Source: Nannocystales bacterium (GTDB taxonomy: Bacteria; Myxococcota_A; Polyangia; Nannocystales; Nannocystaceae). From it: a stretch of 64,000 bases of DNA. Shown piece by piece: positions 8,639 through 17,410 of the stretch. Where the stretch lies: contig JBOEGF010000011.1 in assembly GCA_050633305.1 (NCBI GenBank), positions 159,312-223,311 on the forward strand. The letters are read 5' to 3'. The position numbers and the translations under genes were made by a program. The stretch's first letter is position 1; each line of letters starts with the position of its first letter. The notes under the pieces were generated by a model. The model had not been told where the DNA came from. It worked only from the letters and a program-made list of their open reading frames with translations, and ran no database searches.

Positions 8639-10507
8639 GTGTCCGCGCCTACCCGCATCGAGGTGATGCCTGCCGCGCTCGCCGACCAGATCGCGGCGGG
8701 GGAGGTGGTCGAACGGCCTGCTTCGATCGTCAAGGAGCTGGTCGAGAACGCCATCGATGCGGGCGCGACCCGGGTCGAGGTCGAGCTGACGCGCGGCGGG
8801 GCTGAGCGCATCGTCGTGCTCGACGACGGCGGAGGGATGCATCCCAAAGACCTTCCGCTGTCCATCACACGACACGCCACGTCGAAGGTTCGCCAAGCCT
8901 CCGACCTGGTCGAGATTCGAACCCTGGGGTTTCGGGGGGAGGCGCTGGCCTCGATCGCCGCGGTGGCTGACGTCACGATGGAATCCCGCCGGACCGGGGA
9001 CTCCGCGGGCACCCGCATGCGCTCCCGTCCTGGGCTCGACCCGGAGCTCTGCCCGGTCGGGCGCCCGGTTGGCACGCGGGTCGAGGTGGCCTCGTTGTTC
9101 GTCAACGTACCCGCGCGGCGAAAATTCCTGCGCTCGGAAGCGACCGAGGTCGGCCATTGCACGGACACGATGGTGCGGTTGGGCATCTCGCATCCCAGCG
9201 TGCATCTCCGTTTGAAACACGGCGCCCGGACGCTGCTCGAGCTCCCCGCAGCCGAGTTGGCCGAGCGAATCGCCGCCGTGCTGGCGCGTCGCGTCCGGGC
9301 CCCGATCACGCGGGTGCAGGGGGTACACGACGGTGTCGAGGTCGAGGCGTTCCTCTCTCCGCCCACCGCGTCGGTGAAGGGTCGTGGCCAGTCGTTTGTG
9401 GTCGTTCGCCGTCGTGTCGTTCGGGAGCGTGCGCTCTCCGGCGCGATCTCGGCGGCCTATGGTGACCTCTTGCCTGCAGGTCACGGACCGGTCGCGTGTT
9501 TGCGGGTGGACCCTCCGGCGGGGGAGGTGGACGTCAACGTGCATCCCCAGAAAGCCGAGGTCCGCTTCTCCAACCCACAGGCGGTGTACGCCGCGGCCCG
9601 GCAAGTGTTGACCTCGGCGGCCGCACGATGGGACACACCGCCCGCCGAGCCCCCGGCGCAGACACGGTTCGCCGCAGGGGCCCGTGCCGCGCTCGATCGC
9701 TCCGCGCGTACGGAATCCTCGACAGGTGCCGCGCCTCGCTTTTCCGCGGGAGCTGCTTCGGGGTCCACCTACCGCCTTCGCACCGCGGCAACACAGACCA
9801 ACTACGACGGGCACCGTGCCGACGCGCGTGCGGCCGCGGGGCGACTTCGGGAGCGTTTGGCCGACGCGCGCCGTCCGGAGCCAATGTCGTCGCAGCGGGA
9901 GTTCCCGGTTCCCGCTGCCGTCCCAGAGCCGAGGACCTCCGATTCCAGCGAAGGTCCTGCATTGTCCCTCTTGACCTGCCTGCCGGGCCCCGTCGCGATG
10001 CTGCGGTGGGGGGACACCGTGGTCTCGGTCGACCTCAGGAGGTTGCGCAGTCACCTCGTCTACGAACGTTTGGTTGCTGAACTCGGGGGCGGAGGGGTCG
10101 GCGCACAGGGCCTGCTCGCCCCGGTGGTCGTCCGTCGAAGCGCACGGGATGTTGAGCTGTGTTTGTCTCGCGCGACGGCTCTGCAAGAACTTGGCGTGGT
10201 GCTCGAGGCCTTCGGTGAGGACGCCCTGTTGGTTCGGGCTGTGCCCGCTCAGCTTCGAGACTGTGTCGACGAACCGGACATCGATGACCTCGTCGACAAG
10301 ATGGTCGCGTGGCTGCGGGTCGAGTCTCCGAGCGACGATACGCAGCAGACGGGGACGCACGGGATCGCGGCGGTCCTTTCTCAGGCGCAGGGGGCTGACC
10401 CCGCGCCACGACTGGCCCGGCGCTGGGTTCGAGAACTCATCGAGCAAGATCGGGACCTGGACAAGGTGCCCGGTATCCGATGTTTCGAGGCTGGGGACCT
10501 GACGTGA
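8639..10507 (+). CDS. mutL: DNA mismatch repair protein MutL (endonuclease motifs degenerate)
   Basis: QIAAGEVVERPAS, KELVENAIDAGA, HATSK, TLGFRGEALASI, VDVNVHPQKAEV. Confidence 0.95.
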   Translation: MSAPTRIEVMPAALADQIAAGEVVERPASIVKELVENAIDAGATRVEVELTRGGAERIVVLDDGGGMHPKDLPLSITRHATSKVRQASDLVEIRTLGFRGEALASIAAVADVTMESRRTGDSAGTRMRSRPGLDPELCPVGRPVGTRVEVASLFVNVPARRKFLRSEATEVGHCTDTMVRLGISHPSVHLRLKHGARTLLELPAAELAERIAAVLARRVRAPITRVQGVHDGVEVEAFLSPPTASVKGRGQSFVVVRRRVVRERALSGAISAAYGDLLPAGHGPVACLRVDPPAGEVDVNVHPQKAEVRFSNPQAVYAAARQVLTSAAARWDTPPAEPPAQTRFAAGARAALDRSARTESSTGAAPRFSAGAASGSTYRLRTAATQTNYDGHRADARAAAGRLRERLADARRPEPMSSQREFPVPAAVPEPRTSDSSEGPALSLLTCLPGPVAMLRWGDTVVSVDLRRLRSHLVYERLVAELGGGGVGAQGLLAPVVVRRSARDVELCLSRATALQELGVVLEAFGEDALLVRAVPAQLRDCVDEPDIDDLVDKMVAWLRVESPSDDTQQTGTHGIAAVLSQAQGADPAPRLARRWVRELIEQDRDLDKVPGIRCFEAGDLT

Positions 10508-11439
10508 ACGAGCCGCTTCCACGGGTGCTCTGCGTCGTGGGGCCAACGGGGTCAGGAAAAGCGGCGCTCGGTATGGACGTTGCCGAGCGCGTAGGGCTGC
10601 CGATCGTGGTCTGCGATTCGGTCAAGGTCTACCGCCGGCTCGACATCGGGTCGGCGAAGCCGTCCGCCGAAGCTCAGGCGCGGGTGCACCACGCGATGAT
10701 CGACCTGGTCGATCCGGACGGCACCTTCACCGCGCGCGAGTTCGCGACGCAGGCCTGGTCCCACCTCGGGGATCGCGGGTTGCTTGTCGGCGGGACCGGG
10801 TTCTACCTTCGGGCTGCGTTGTGGCGTGCGACCGGGGAGGGGGAGGCGGGCACCCCGACCCTGGAGGGCGCACGGCGGGAGAGTTTCGAGTCCGGCTGGG
10901 CCGAAGCCGAGCGCGGTGATCCGGGGGCGACACATCGCGCCTTGGCTGTGGCCGACGCGGCGACGGCAGAGACGATCCACCCGAACAACTGGGTGCGGGT
11001 CGTCCGCGCCCTGGGTCTTTGCCACGCGGCCGGAGGCCCGATCTCCGCGCTGCGGGCCGCCGATCCCCCGCGCCCCCGCGCACGGATGCTGTTTGTGTGG
11101 CTCGATCCCGGCGACGCCCTGCGTGAGATGCAGGTGCGCAGAGTCGATCACATGCTTGCCCGCGGCTGGCTGGCCGAGGTGGAGAGCCTTGTCGCCGACG
11201 GATATGATGAGCATCACAAGGCGATGCGCTCGTTGGGCTACAAACAGCTCGTGGACGTCGTGAAGGGCCGCACCGGCCTTGCGGCGGCACGCGAGGACAT
11301 CCTCAAGGCCACGTGGCAATACGCGCGACGACAGCGAACGTATTTTCGCCATCAACTTCCGGCCGCGGATGTCGTACACATCCCGGAGTCGGGTTCCATG
11401 CCCTGGGACAAGGTCCAAGCCTTTCTCGCGCAGGGCTAA
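10504..11439 (+). CDS. miaA: tRNA dimethylallyltransferase
   Basis: GPTGSGK, DSVKVYRRLDIGSAKP, VGGTGFY, SLGYKQ, YARRQRT; overlaps mutL stop. Confidence 0.95.
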   Translation: MNEPLPRVLCVVGPTGSGKAALGMDVAERVGLPIVVCDSVKVYRRLDIGSAKPSAEAQARVHHAMIDLVDPDGTFTAREFATQAWSHLGDRGLLVGGTGFYLRAALWRATGEGEAGTPTLEGARRESFESGWAEAERGDPGATHRALAVADAATAETIHPNNWVRVVRALGLCHAAGGPISALRAADPPRPRARMLFVWLDPGDALREMQVRRVDHMLARGWLAEVESLVADGYDEHHKAMRSLGYKQLVDVVKGRTGLAAAREDILKATWQYARRQRTYFRHQLPAADVVHIPESGSMPWDKVQAFLAQG

Positions 11440-11463
11440 GCGCACCGACGGAAGAACACGCCG

Positions 11464-12462
11464 ATGTCGACCAAGGTACTCGAGTTCGAACGCCCCATCG
11501 TGGAGCTCGAAGGGAAGATCAAGGAGCTCAAGCACCTCAGCGGCGGAAGCCGAGAGATGGCGCAAGAGATCGAGCGCCTCGAAGAGAAGGCTCGCGAGCT
11601 TCAGAAAGAACGCTTCGCTTCGCTTACGCCGTGGGAGCAGGTCCAGCTCGCCAAGCACCCCGATCGTCCATACACGCTCGATTACATCGGCGAGATGACG
11701 ACCGACTTCATGGAGCTTCGTGGGGACCGTGCGTTCGCGGACGACCCGGCGATCGTGGGTGGCTTGTGCCGCTTTGGCGAGCGTACGGTGATGATCATCG
11801 GCCATCAGAAGGGCCGGAACACCAAGGAAAACCTGTTCCGCAACTTCGGCATGGCGCGGCCCGAGGGTTACCGCAAAGCCCAGCGTCTGATGAGACTGGC
11901 CGAGCAGTTCGGGCATCCCATCCTGTGTTTCATCGACACCGCCGGGGCGTACCCGGGCTTGGGTGCCGAGGAGCGCGGCCAGTCCGAAGCGATCTCGTCC
12001 AGCCTCGAGCTTCTCTCGCGCCTCAAGGTGCCCACCATCTCGGTGGTTATCGGTGAAGGCGGTTCGGGCGGCGCGCTGGCGATCGGACTCACGGACCGGA
12101 TCCTGATGCTCGAGCACGCGGTCTACTCGGTCATCTCTCCTCGAGGGTGCGCCAGCATTCTGTGGAAGGACCCCGAAGCCGAGCAGACCGCCGCTGCGCA
12201 GCTGAAGATGACCAGCCACGACCTTCGCCAGCTCGGCATCTGCGACGAGATCATTCCCGAGGCCGTGGGGGGCGCCCACCGTGGACTCACCACGACCGCC
12301 TCCGCCCTCTCGGAGACCCTGCACAAGCATCTTTCCGAGTTGTGCGCTCTGGGTCCCGACGCGCTGGTGCAGCAGCGCTACGAGAAGTACCGGCTCATCG
12401 GACACCTCGAAAACGACACGGACGTGACCGGACCTGCGGGACCGGGCGGTTCGCACCGCTAG
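11464..12462 (+). CDS. accA: acetyl-CoA carboxylase carboxyltransferase alpha subunit
   Basis: LEFERPI, HPDRPYTLDYI, NFGMARPEGYRKA, IDTAGAYPG, GEGGSGGALA. Confidence 0.97.
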   Translation: MSTKVLEFERPIVELEGKIKELKHLSGGSREMAQEIERLEEKARELQKERFASLTPWEQVQLAKHPDRPYTLDYIGEMTTDFMELRGDRAFADDPAIVGGLCRFGERTVMIIGHQKGRNTKENLFRNFGMARPEGYRKAQRLMRLAEQFGHPILCFIDTAGAYPGLGAEERGQSEAISSSLELLSRLKVPTISVVIGEGGSGGALAIGLTDRILMLEHAVYSVISPRGCASILWKDPEAEQTAAAQLKMTSHDLRQLGICDEIIPEAVGGAHRGLTTTASALSETLHKHLSELCALGPDALVQQRYEKYRLIGHLENDTDVTGPAGPGGSHR

Positions 12463-12477
12463 TCGCGTCTCGCTCGG

Positions 12478-14646
12478 ATGTTCGACGAGTTTCTGCTGCT
12501 GACGACGGCGCTGGTGGGCATGGCCCTGCTGCGCTCGTCTCGACGATCCGAGGACAGCCCCCGAGGCTACGTCTGGGTTCTTGCGGCGATCCTCGGGGTG
12601 ACGCTGCTCGGCGTGGCCGAGGATTCTCGGTTTGTCGGCATCGTGTCGATGGGCCTGACGGTGCTCGTTGTCGTGCTGCCGTGGATCCTCGAGGCCGCCG
12701 CACGGCTCTTCTTCGGTCGGGGCATGTTGCGGTTCGCCGTGGCGGCCGCCGGCGCTCGCGCGGTGCTGATGCTCGGCGCCGGACTTGGCCGCCAACAGCC
12801 GATCTTGCGGGGGCTTGCGGTGCTCGAGCGCGAAGGCGTCGATGCGGCGGTCGGCTACTTCCGGGGACTCGCACACGAGACGGAAGACGGTGGCGAGCTG
12901 GCGCTGATCAACGAGCAGATCGTCTCGATGCTGCTGTACGGACAGCGATGGGACGAAGGGATCCGGCACTACGAGTCCCGGTTCCACCCGCGCTACGCCG
13001 CGCTACGCCCGGCCCTGGTGCTGGGCCTGATGCGGGCGTACGGCGAGGTCGGGGCTTTGGAGCGCGCGGCCGCACTGCTGCAGGCGCTCGAAGACGGCCC
13101 GGTGGGCAACGATCCGCGCTCGCTCGGGCTGGTCTCGCAGGCCCGTCTCACCTTCTTGGTCTACGCGGGGGCCGAGGGGACGGTTGTCGATGCGTTGGGC
13201 AGCACCGCTCGCCGTCAGCTTGGGCTCTCGGCGGCCAGCGGCGCGCTGTTTCGGGGTCTCGTCGCTCGGCAAGCAGGCGATGCGGGTCGGGCCCGCAGTG
13301 AGCTCGAGCAGGTCGAGGACCTGGCAGGCCGCCGTGATGACCGTGTCGTGGAGTCTGCCCGGCGCGCGATGGGGGAACTGGGTGCTCCACCCGCGCTGCT
13401 GGAGCCGGTGAGCATCGCGGATGAGTTGGTGCCGTACGTCGAGGCGGTGGCCGCACGCCTCAAGGCGTTCGTTCGGCTCGCGCCGTCGGTCAAGCGCTCC
13501 GGGACTCTGATCGCCACACCCGCTCTCTTGGTGGTCCTGGGCGTCGGCTACTTCGCGATGCGTTGGCTCGATGCCGGCGGCCTCGCCCTTCTACAGATCG
13601 GCGCGTCCACGCCCGACATGATCCGCGGCGCGGGGTGGTGGCGGATCTGGACCGGGAGCTGGGTGCACGGCGACCCGCTTGGGCTGCTGCTCGACCTGTA
13701 CACGATCTGGTTCGCCGCACCCTTGGTCGAGCGGATGTCCGGAACCGGGAGGGTGGTGATCATCGCGCTGCTGGGTTCGGCGGTCGGCGTGTTTGTCAGC
13801 GCGAGCCTGGGCCCGCAACTCGGTATGGTGCTTGGCGGCGGAGGCCCTGCCGCCACAGCTCTGCTTGGCGCCGCGGTGGCGTTGCTGTTCAAACCCGGGG
13901 ATGGCGGTGTTCGGCAGGCCGCACGGCGCCGAATGATGGTCCCGCTGGTGATGGTCGCAATCGTGCAAGCCGTGTCTGCGATCCCCGGTTTCCTCGCGGT
14001 CGAAGCGTCGTGGCATGGCCTTGCGGCCGCGGTGGTCGTGGGCGCGCTGCTCGCATTCCTCCCCAGCCGCGTCGCGATGCGGTGGGTCGAGCTGGGGACC
14101 GCACTCTTGTTGGTCGCCGGATGCTCGTTCGCGTTGGTTCGCGCGGCGCGACAGGAGCCCTTGTCCTTGGTGTCGGACGCCCCGTGGACGGCCTTCGAAT
14201 CCGGCCCCGCAACGATCTCGACCCCGCGTACGTTTGAGTTCATCGACGAGCGGCAGGACGTCGCCGGGCTGCCGCTGCCGCTGCAGATCGGTGTGTTGGA
14301 TGGGCTCGCGCTCCGGGCCGGGGATCTCGCTCAAGTGGCGGTGGTCGTGCCGGATCATGACGCGGAGCTGACGGTCCCCGGATTGCTCTTGCTCGACCCC
14401 AGCCTCGACGCGGAGCTGACGCTGGTTCCGCGGGAGCTGCCCGAGGCATTCGTCGAAATGGGCGTGGAGGCCGACGCCTACGCGGTGCGCCGCAATGGAG
14501 CGGAGCTGGGGATCACGCTAGAGCGCCGCCTGGGTCCAGCCCCGGATGACCCCTGCGTGGTGCTCTTTGCCGCTCCTGGGGCCCTCGAGCGCCAGGCTTC
14601 CATCTACGCCCGGATCCTCACCGAGGCTAGATTGTCCCAGCCCTGA
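12478..14646 (+). CDS. multi-domain membrane protein with rhomboid-like domain (probably inactive)
   Basis: N-terminal TMs, TPR-like helices, then GWWRIWTGSWVH and VERMSG rhomboid signatures with about 6 TMs; GxSG replaced by GGGP. Confidence 0.75.
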   Translation: MFDEFLLLTTALVGMALLRSSRRSEDSPRGYVWVLAAILGVTLLGVAEDSRFVGIVSMGLTVLVVVLPWILEAAARLFFGRGMLRFAVAAAGARAVLMLGAGLGRQQPILRGLAVLEREGVDAAVGYFRGLAHETEDGGELALINEQIVSMLLYGQRWDEGIRHYESRFHPRYAALRPALVLGLMRAYGEVGALERAAALLQALEDGPVGNDPRSLGLVSQARLTFLVYAGAEGTVVDALGSTARRQLGLSAASGALFRGLVARQAGDAGRARSELEQVEDLAGRRDDRVVESARRAMGELGAPPALLEPVSIADELVPYVEAVAARLKAFVRLAPSVKRSGTLIATPALLVVLGVGYFAMRWLDAGGLALLQIGASTPDMIRGAGWWRIWTGSWVHGDPLGLLLDLYTIWFAAPLVERMSGTGRVVIIALLGSAVGVFVSASLGPQLGMVLGGGGPAATALLGAAVALLFKPGDGGVRQAARRRMMVPLVMVAIVQAVSAIPGFLAVEASWHGLAAAVVVGALLAFLPSRVAMRWVELGTALLLVAGCSFALVRAARQEPLSLVSDAPWTAFESGPATISTPRTFEFIDERQDVAGLPLPLQIGVLDGLALRAGDLAQVAVVVPDHDAELTVPGLLLLDPSLDAELTLVPRELPEAFVEMGVEADAYAVRRNGAELGITLERRLGPAPDDPCVVLFAAPGALERQASIYARILTEARLSQP

Positions 14647-14682
14647 GCAGTTTGGCTGAGGCTGGCTATACTTCCAGCCGGC

Positions 14683-15681
14683 GTGTCGCGGCGTAGACGC
14701 AGCAACCCCGTCGGCCCTGTGGTGGGGGCGATTGTGGGTTCCTTCCTGGCTCACCTGGTGTTGTGGCCGGTCGGCGAACGCATCGTGAAGCTCGGCCGCG
14801 ACCGGGCGCTCCCGGAGCGCGAGAACACGGTCATGGAGGTCACGCTCAGCCCGGCGCCGACGCCGGCGGACGACGACGAGGTGAGCAACGGAAAGACGGT
14901 GCGGCTGGATGCCGTCGCGGACGAACGGCCTCCGAAGGATGCGACCCGCGTCTCGGAGTTCGACAACAGCACGGACCGCGAGACCGTGGCGCCCAGGCGC
15001 CGGCGGTCCCGAGCCACGATTCCGCAGGGGACTCCGAAGCCCAACGATGACCACAACGCGGGTCCGAAGGCGATGAGCCCGGACGCCCCGGCGCCGCGGG
15101 GGACCGCACTTCCACTAGGCGGGGCTCGGTCGGCCGGGTCGGACGGCGCGCGTTCGGGTAGCAGCGATGACGCTTCGACGCCGACACCCCCGGCTCCGAC
15201 CTTTGCGCCCAGTCCTCGCTCGCTCAAGGGCTTGCCCAGGTCTCGGTCGCGAGAGCGGGGCGCACCCGGCTCGACCGAGAAAATCGACGATGTGGAGGAG
15301 GGAGATGCGTCGGTCCTCAACGCGCAGCGGTGGAAATACGCTTCGTTCTTCAACCGCATGCGGGACGGCATCGACTCCCACTGGGACCCCGCGGCACGGC
15401 GACGGGAGCGAGACCCTGACGGTCGTATCAGCGGAACCAAGACCCGTATCACCCGGGTGATGATGATCCTCAACCCCGACGGCAGTCTGCACAAGGTCAA
15501 GACACTCAAGAGCAGCAATGTCGACTACCTCGACGAGGAGGCGATCCAGGCGATTCGGCAGGCAGCGCCGTTCCCCAATCCACCTCTGGGCATGCTCGAC
15601 CCTGAAGATGGCAAACTTCACTTGCCCGTTGGCTTCATCGTCGAGATGGGCAAAGCCCGCATCTTCCGGATCAAGCGCTAG
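14683..15681 (+). CDS. TonB-family energy transducer (TonB C-terminal domain)
   Basis: TM with SxxxH (SFLAH), Pro-rich linker, C-terminal SSNVDYLDEEAIQAIRQAAPFPNPP. Confidence 0.85.
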   Translation: MSRRRRSNPVGPVVGAIVGSFLAHLVLWPVGERIVKLGRDRALPERENTVMEVTLSPAPTPADDDEVSNGKTVRLDAVADERPPKDATRVSEFDNSTDRETVAPRRRRSRATIPQGTPKPNDDHNAGPKAMSPDAPAPRGTALPLGGARSAGSDGARSGSSDDASTPTPPAPTFAPSPRSLKGLPRSRSRERGAPGSTEKIDDVEEGDASVLNAQRWKYASFFNRMRDGIDSHWDPAARRRERDPDGRISGTKTRITRVMMILNPDGSLHKVKTLKSSNVDYLDEEAIQAIRQAAPFPNPPLGMLDPEDGKLHLPVGFIVEMGKARIFRIKR

Positions 15682-15705
15682 CTAGCGGCCGTCCGTTCCA
15701 CGACG

Positions 15706-16266
15706 CTAGGTTGCCGTGGTCTGGGCGGCCGTTTCAACGGTGGCCTTGAGGTCGCGCATGAACGTGTCGAAGTCGGGCCGGAAGTCCGGGAGCTTCTTCG
15801 CGATCATGCCCATCATCGACCCCGTCATCACCTCCGCCATGGTGACATCGGTGGAGCCGTCGGGCAGGGCCGTGAGGGTGAAGGTGCGGACGCCCTTGAA
15901 CATCGCGTTGCCGTCCTGCCACACCAAGCGGGTGGGAGCTTCGAAGGTGCTCACCTCGAGGTTGAAGGTACGCTTGGGGTCGAGCTTGACCTTCAGCTTG
16001 ATCTCCTCGCCCGGCGCGATGGTCCCTTCGAGAGAGGTCACTGTGGAGTTCCAGCTCGGGTACGCGGGCCCGTCGGTCAGTACGGCCCAGACCGCGGCCG
16101 GGGGTGCATCGATGTGAACCCCGACCCGCGTCTCCCGGTAGCGCTTTCCGTCGAGCTGGCTCGAGGCCTCACCGACAGCGATCGGCGCGGCGGATTCTGC
16201 CGGCGCAGTCGACGCGCATCCGAGCAGATTGACGAAGAGGGCGCCGAAGGAGAGCCGGTTGGTCAT
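15706..16266 (-). CDS. SRPBCC/polyketide cyclase-like lipoprotein
   Basis: LLGC lipobox; IDAPPAAVWAVLTD..YPSWN; ending DLKATVE. Confidence 0.85.
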   Translation of the reverse strand: MTNRLSFGALFVNLLGCASTAPAESAAPIAVGEASSQLDGKRYRETRVGVHIDAPPAAVWAVLTDGPAYPSWNSTVTSLEGTIAPGEEIKLKVKLDPKRTFNLEVSTFEAPTRLVWQDGNAMFKGVRTFTLTALPDGSTDVTMAEVMTGSMMGMIAKKLPDFRPDFDTFMRDLKATVETAAQTTAT

Positions 16267-16284
16267 GGCTTGCAGTCAACCACC

Positions 16285-16301
16285 ATTGCTTCCAACGCAC
16301 T
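16285..16301. promoter_or_regulatory. possible LysR-type T-N11-A operator
   Basis: ATTGC-N7-GCACT imperfect palindrome in the AT-rich divergent gap between the SRPBCC gene and the LysR gene. Confidence 0.3.
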
Positions 16302-16380
16302 AGATAGTAATAATGGATGTCTCTTTTGCCGAACCAGCAAGAGTCCACTGCGTGCTCGAGGGCAAGGTGAGGACGTCCCG

Positions 16381-17292
16381 GTGGCCATCGCAGACATCGA
16401 TCTCAACGACCTGGCGGTCTTCACCGAAGTCGTCCGACGCCGGAGCTTCTCCGCGGCCGGCCGTGCGTTGGGCTTGCCGCCCTCGGCCGTCAGTCGACGG
16501 GTCGCGCGGTTGGAGGACCAACTCGGGTATGTGCTGTTGCATCGAACGACGCGCTCGGTAGGGCTGACCCCGGCGGGTCGGATCTACTTCGAGCGGACCG
16601 CTCGCATTCTGCACGACGTCGAGGACGCCGCACGGGCGGTGAGCGAGTTCCGCTCCACCCCGGCGGGTCTCCTCCGCGTGACTGCACCGCCCGATGACGG
16701 CGGCGTGGTGTGGGCGATGCTGACCGGGTTCGTCCGAGACCACCCCGATGTGGACTTGGAGGTCATCCACACCCTCGACCGGGTGGACCTGGTCTCCGAG
16801 GGGATCGACGTCGCGCTTCGGGGTGGGCAACCTCCAGACTCTACGGTGCTGTGCGCCCGAAAACTTGTCGACTCCAGGCTGCTGCTCGTGGCGAGTCCGG
16901 ACTACCTGTCTGCAAAAGGCACCCCCTCGATTCCTGAGGACCTCGCGGAGCACGACTGTGTCGCGATGGACAACTGGGTCCCCAATGCCATTTCCGCACT
17001 CCAAGGCCCCAACGGCCCCGTGAAGGTTGAGTTTCGGAACCGGGTTCGCACCAACCGACAGGAGACCGCCCGCAAGGCAGCCATCGACGGCTTTGGTGTC
17101 GCGCCAGTCGTCGAGATGACCTGTTGGCGAGAACTCGAATCGGGTGCGCTGGTCGAGGTCTTGCCCGGAGCGCTCCCGGGGCCCTCGCCGATGTATGCGG
17201 TCTATCCCTCGGCGCGTGGCACGAGTGCGGCGGTGTTGGCACTGGTCGATCACCTGGTGGCCGTGGTGCCGACCCTGCTGCCCTCACCGTGA
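16381..17292 (+). CDS. LysR family transcriptional regulator (CrgA-like)
   Basis: DLNDLAVF..VV..SFSAAGRALG..SAVSRRVARLE..LLHRTTRSV.LT.AG; DLVSEGIDVALR. Confidence 0.95.
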   Translation: MAIADIDLNDLAVFTEVVRRRSFSAAGRALGLPPSAVSRRVARLEDQLGYVLLHRTTRSVGLTPAGRIYFERTARILHDVEDAARAVSEFRSTPAGLLRVTAPPDDGGVVWAMLTGFVRDHPDVDLEVIHTLDRVDLVSEGIDVALRGGQPPDSTVLCARKLVDSRLLLVASPDYLSAKGTPSIPEDLAEHDCVAMDNWVPNAISALQGPNGPVKVEFRNRVRTNRQETARKAAIDGFGVAPVVEMTCWRELESGALVEVLPGALPGPSPMYAVYPSARGTSAAVLALVDHLVAVVPTLLPSP

Positions 17293-17410
17293 CATCACCA
17301 GCCGGCCGGATGTTTGGGCGGCGGCATTCGACCCCATCATGGTCGTCTTTCTTGCGCCCTTGAGGTGATCATTGTGGCGGCGGCGAACACTACCGCTGCG
17401 CGAGCTCACA

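Noticed and set aside
10540..10570. MiaA P-loop GSGKA as a sign of inactivation
   Set aside because: A single substitution with all other motifs intact; insufficient evidence.
7570..12987. Long minus-strand ORFs (598, 705 and 811 aa)
   Set aside because: Shadows of the cyclase, mutL, miaA and accA; Arg/Pro-rich with no recognisable motifs.
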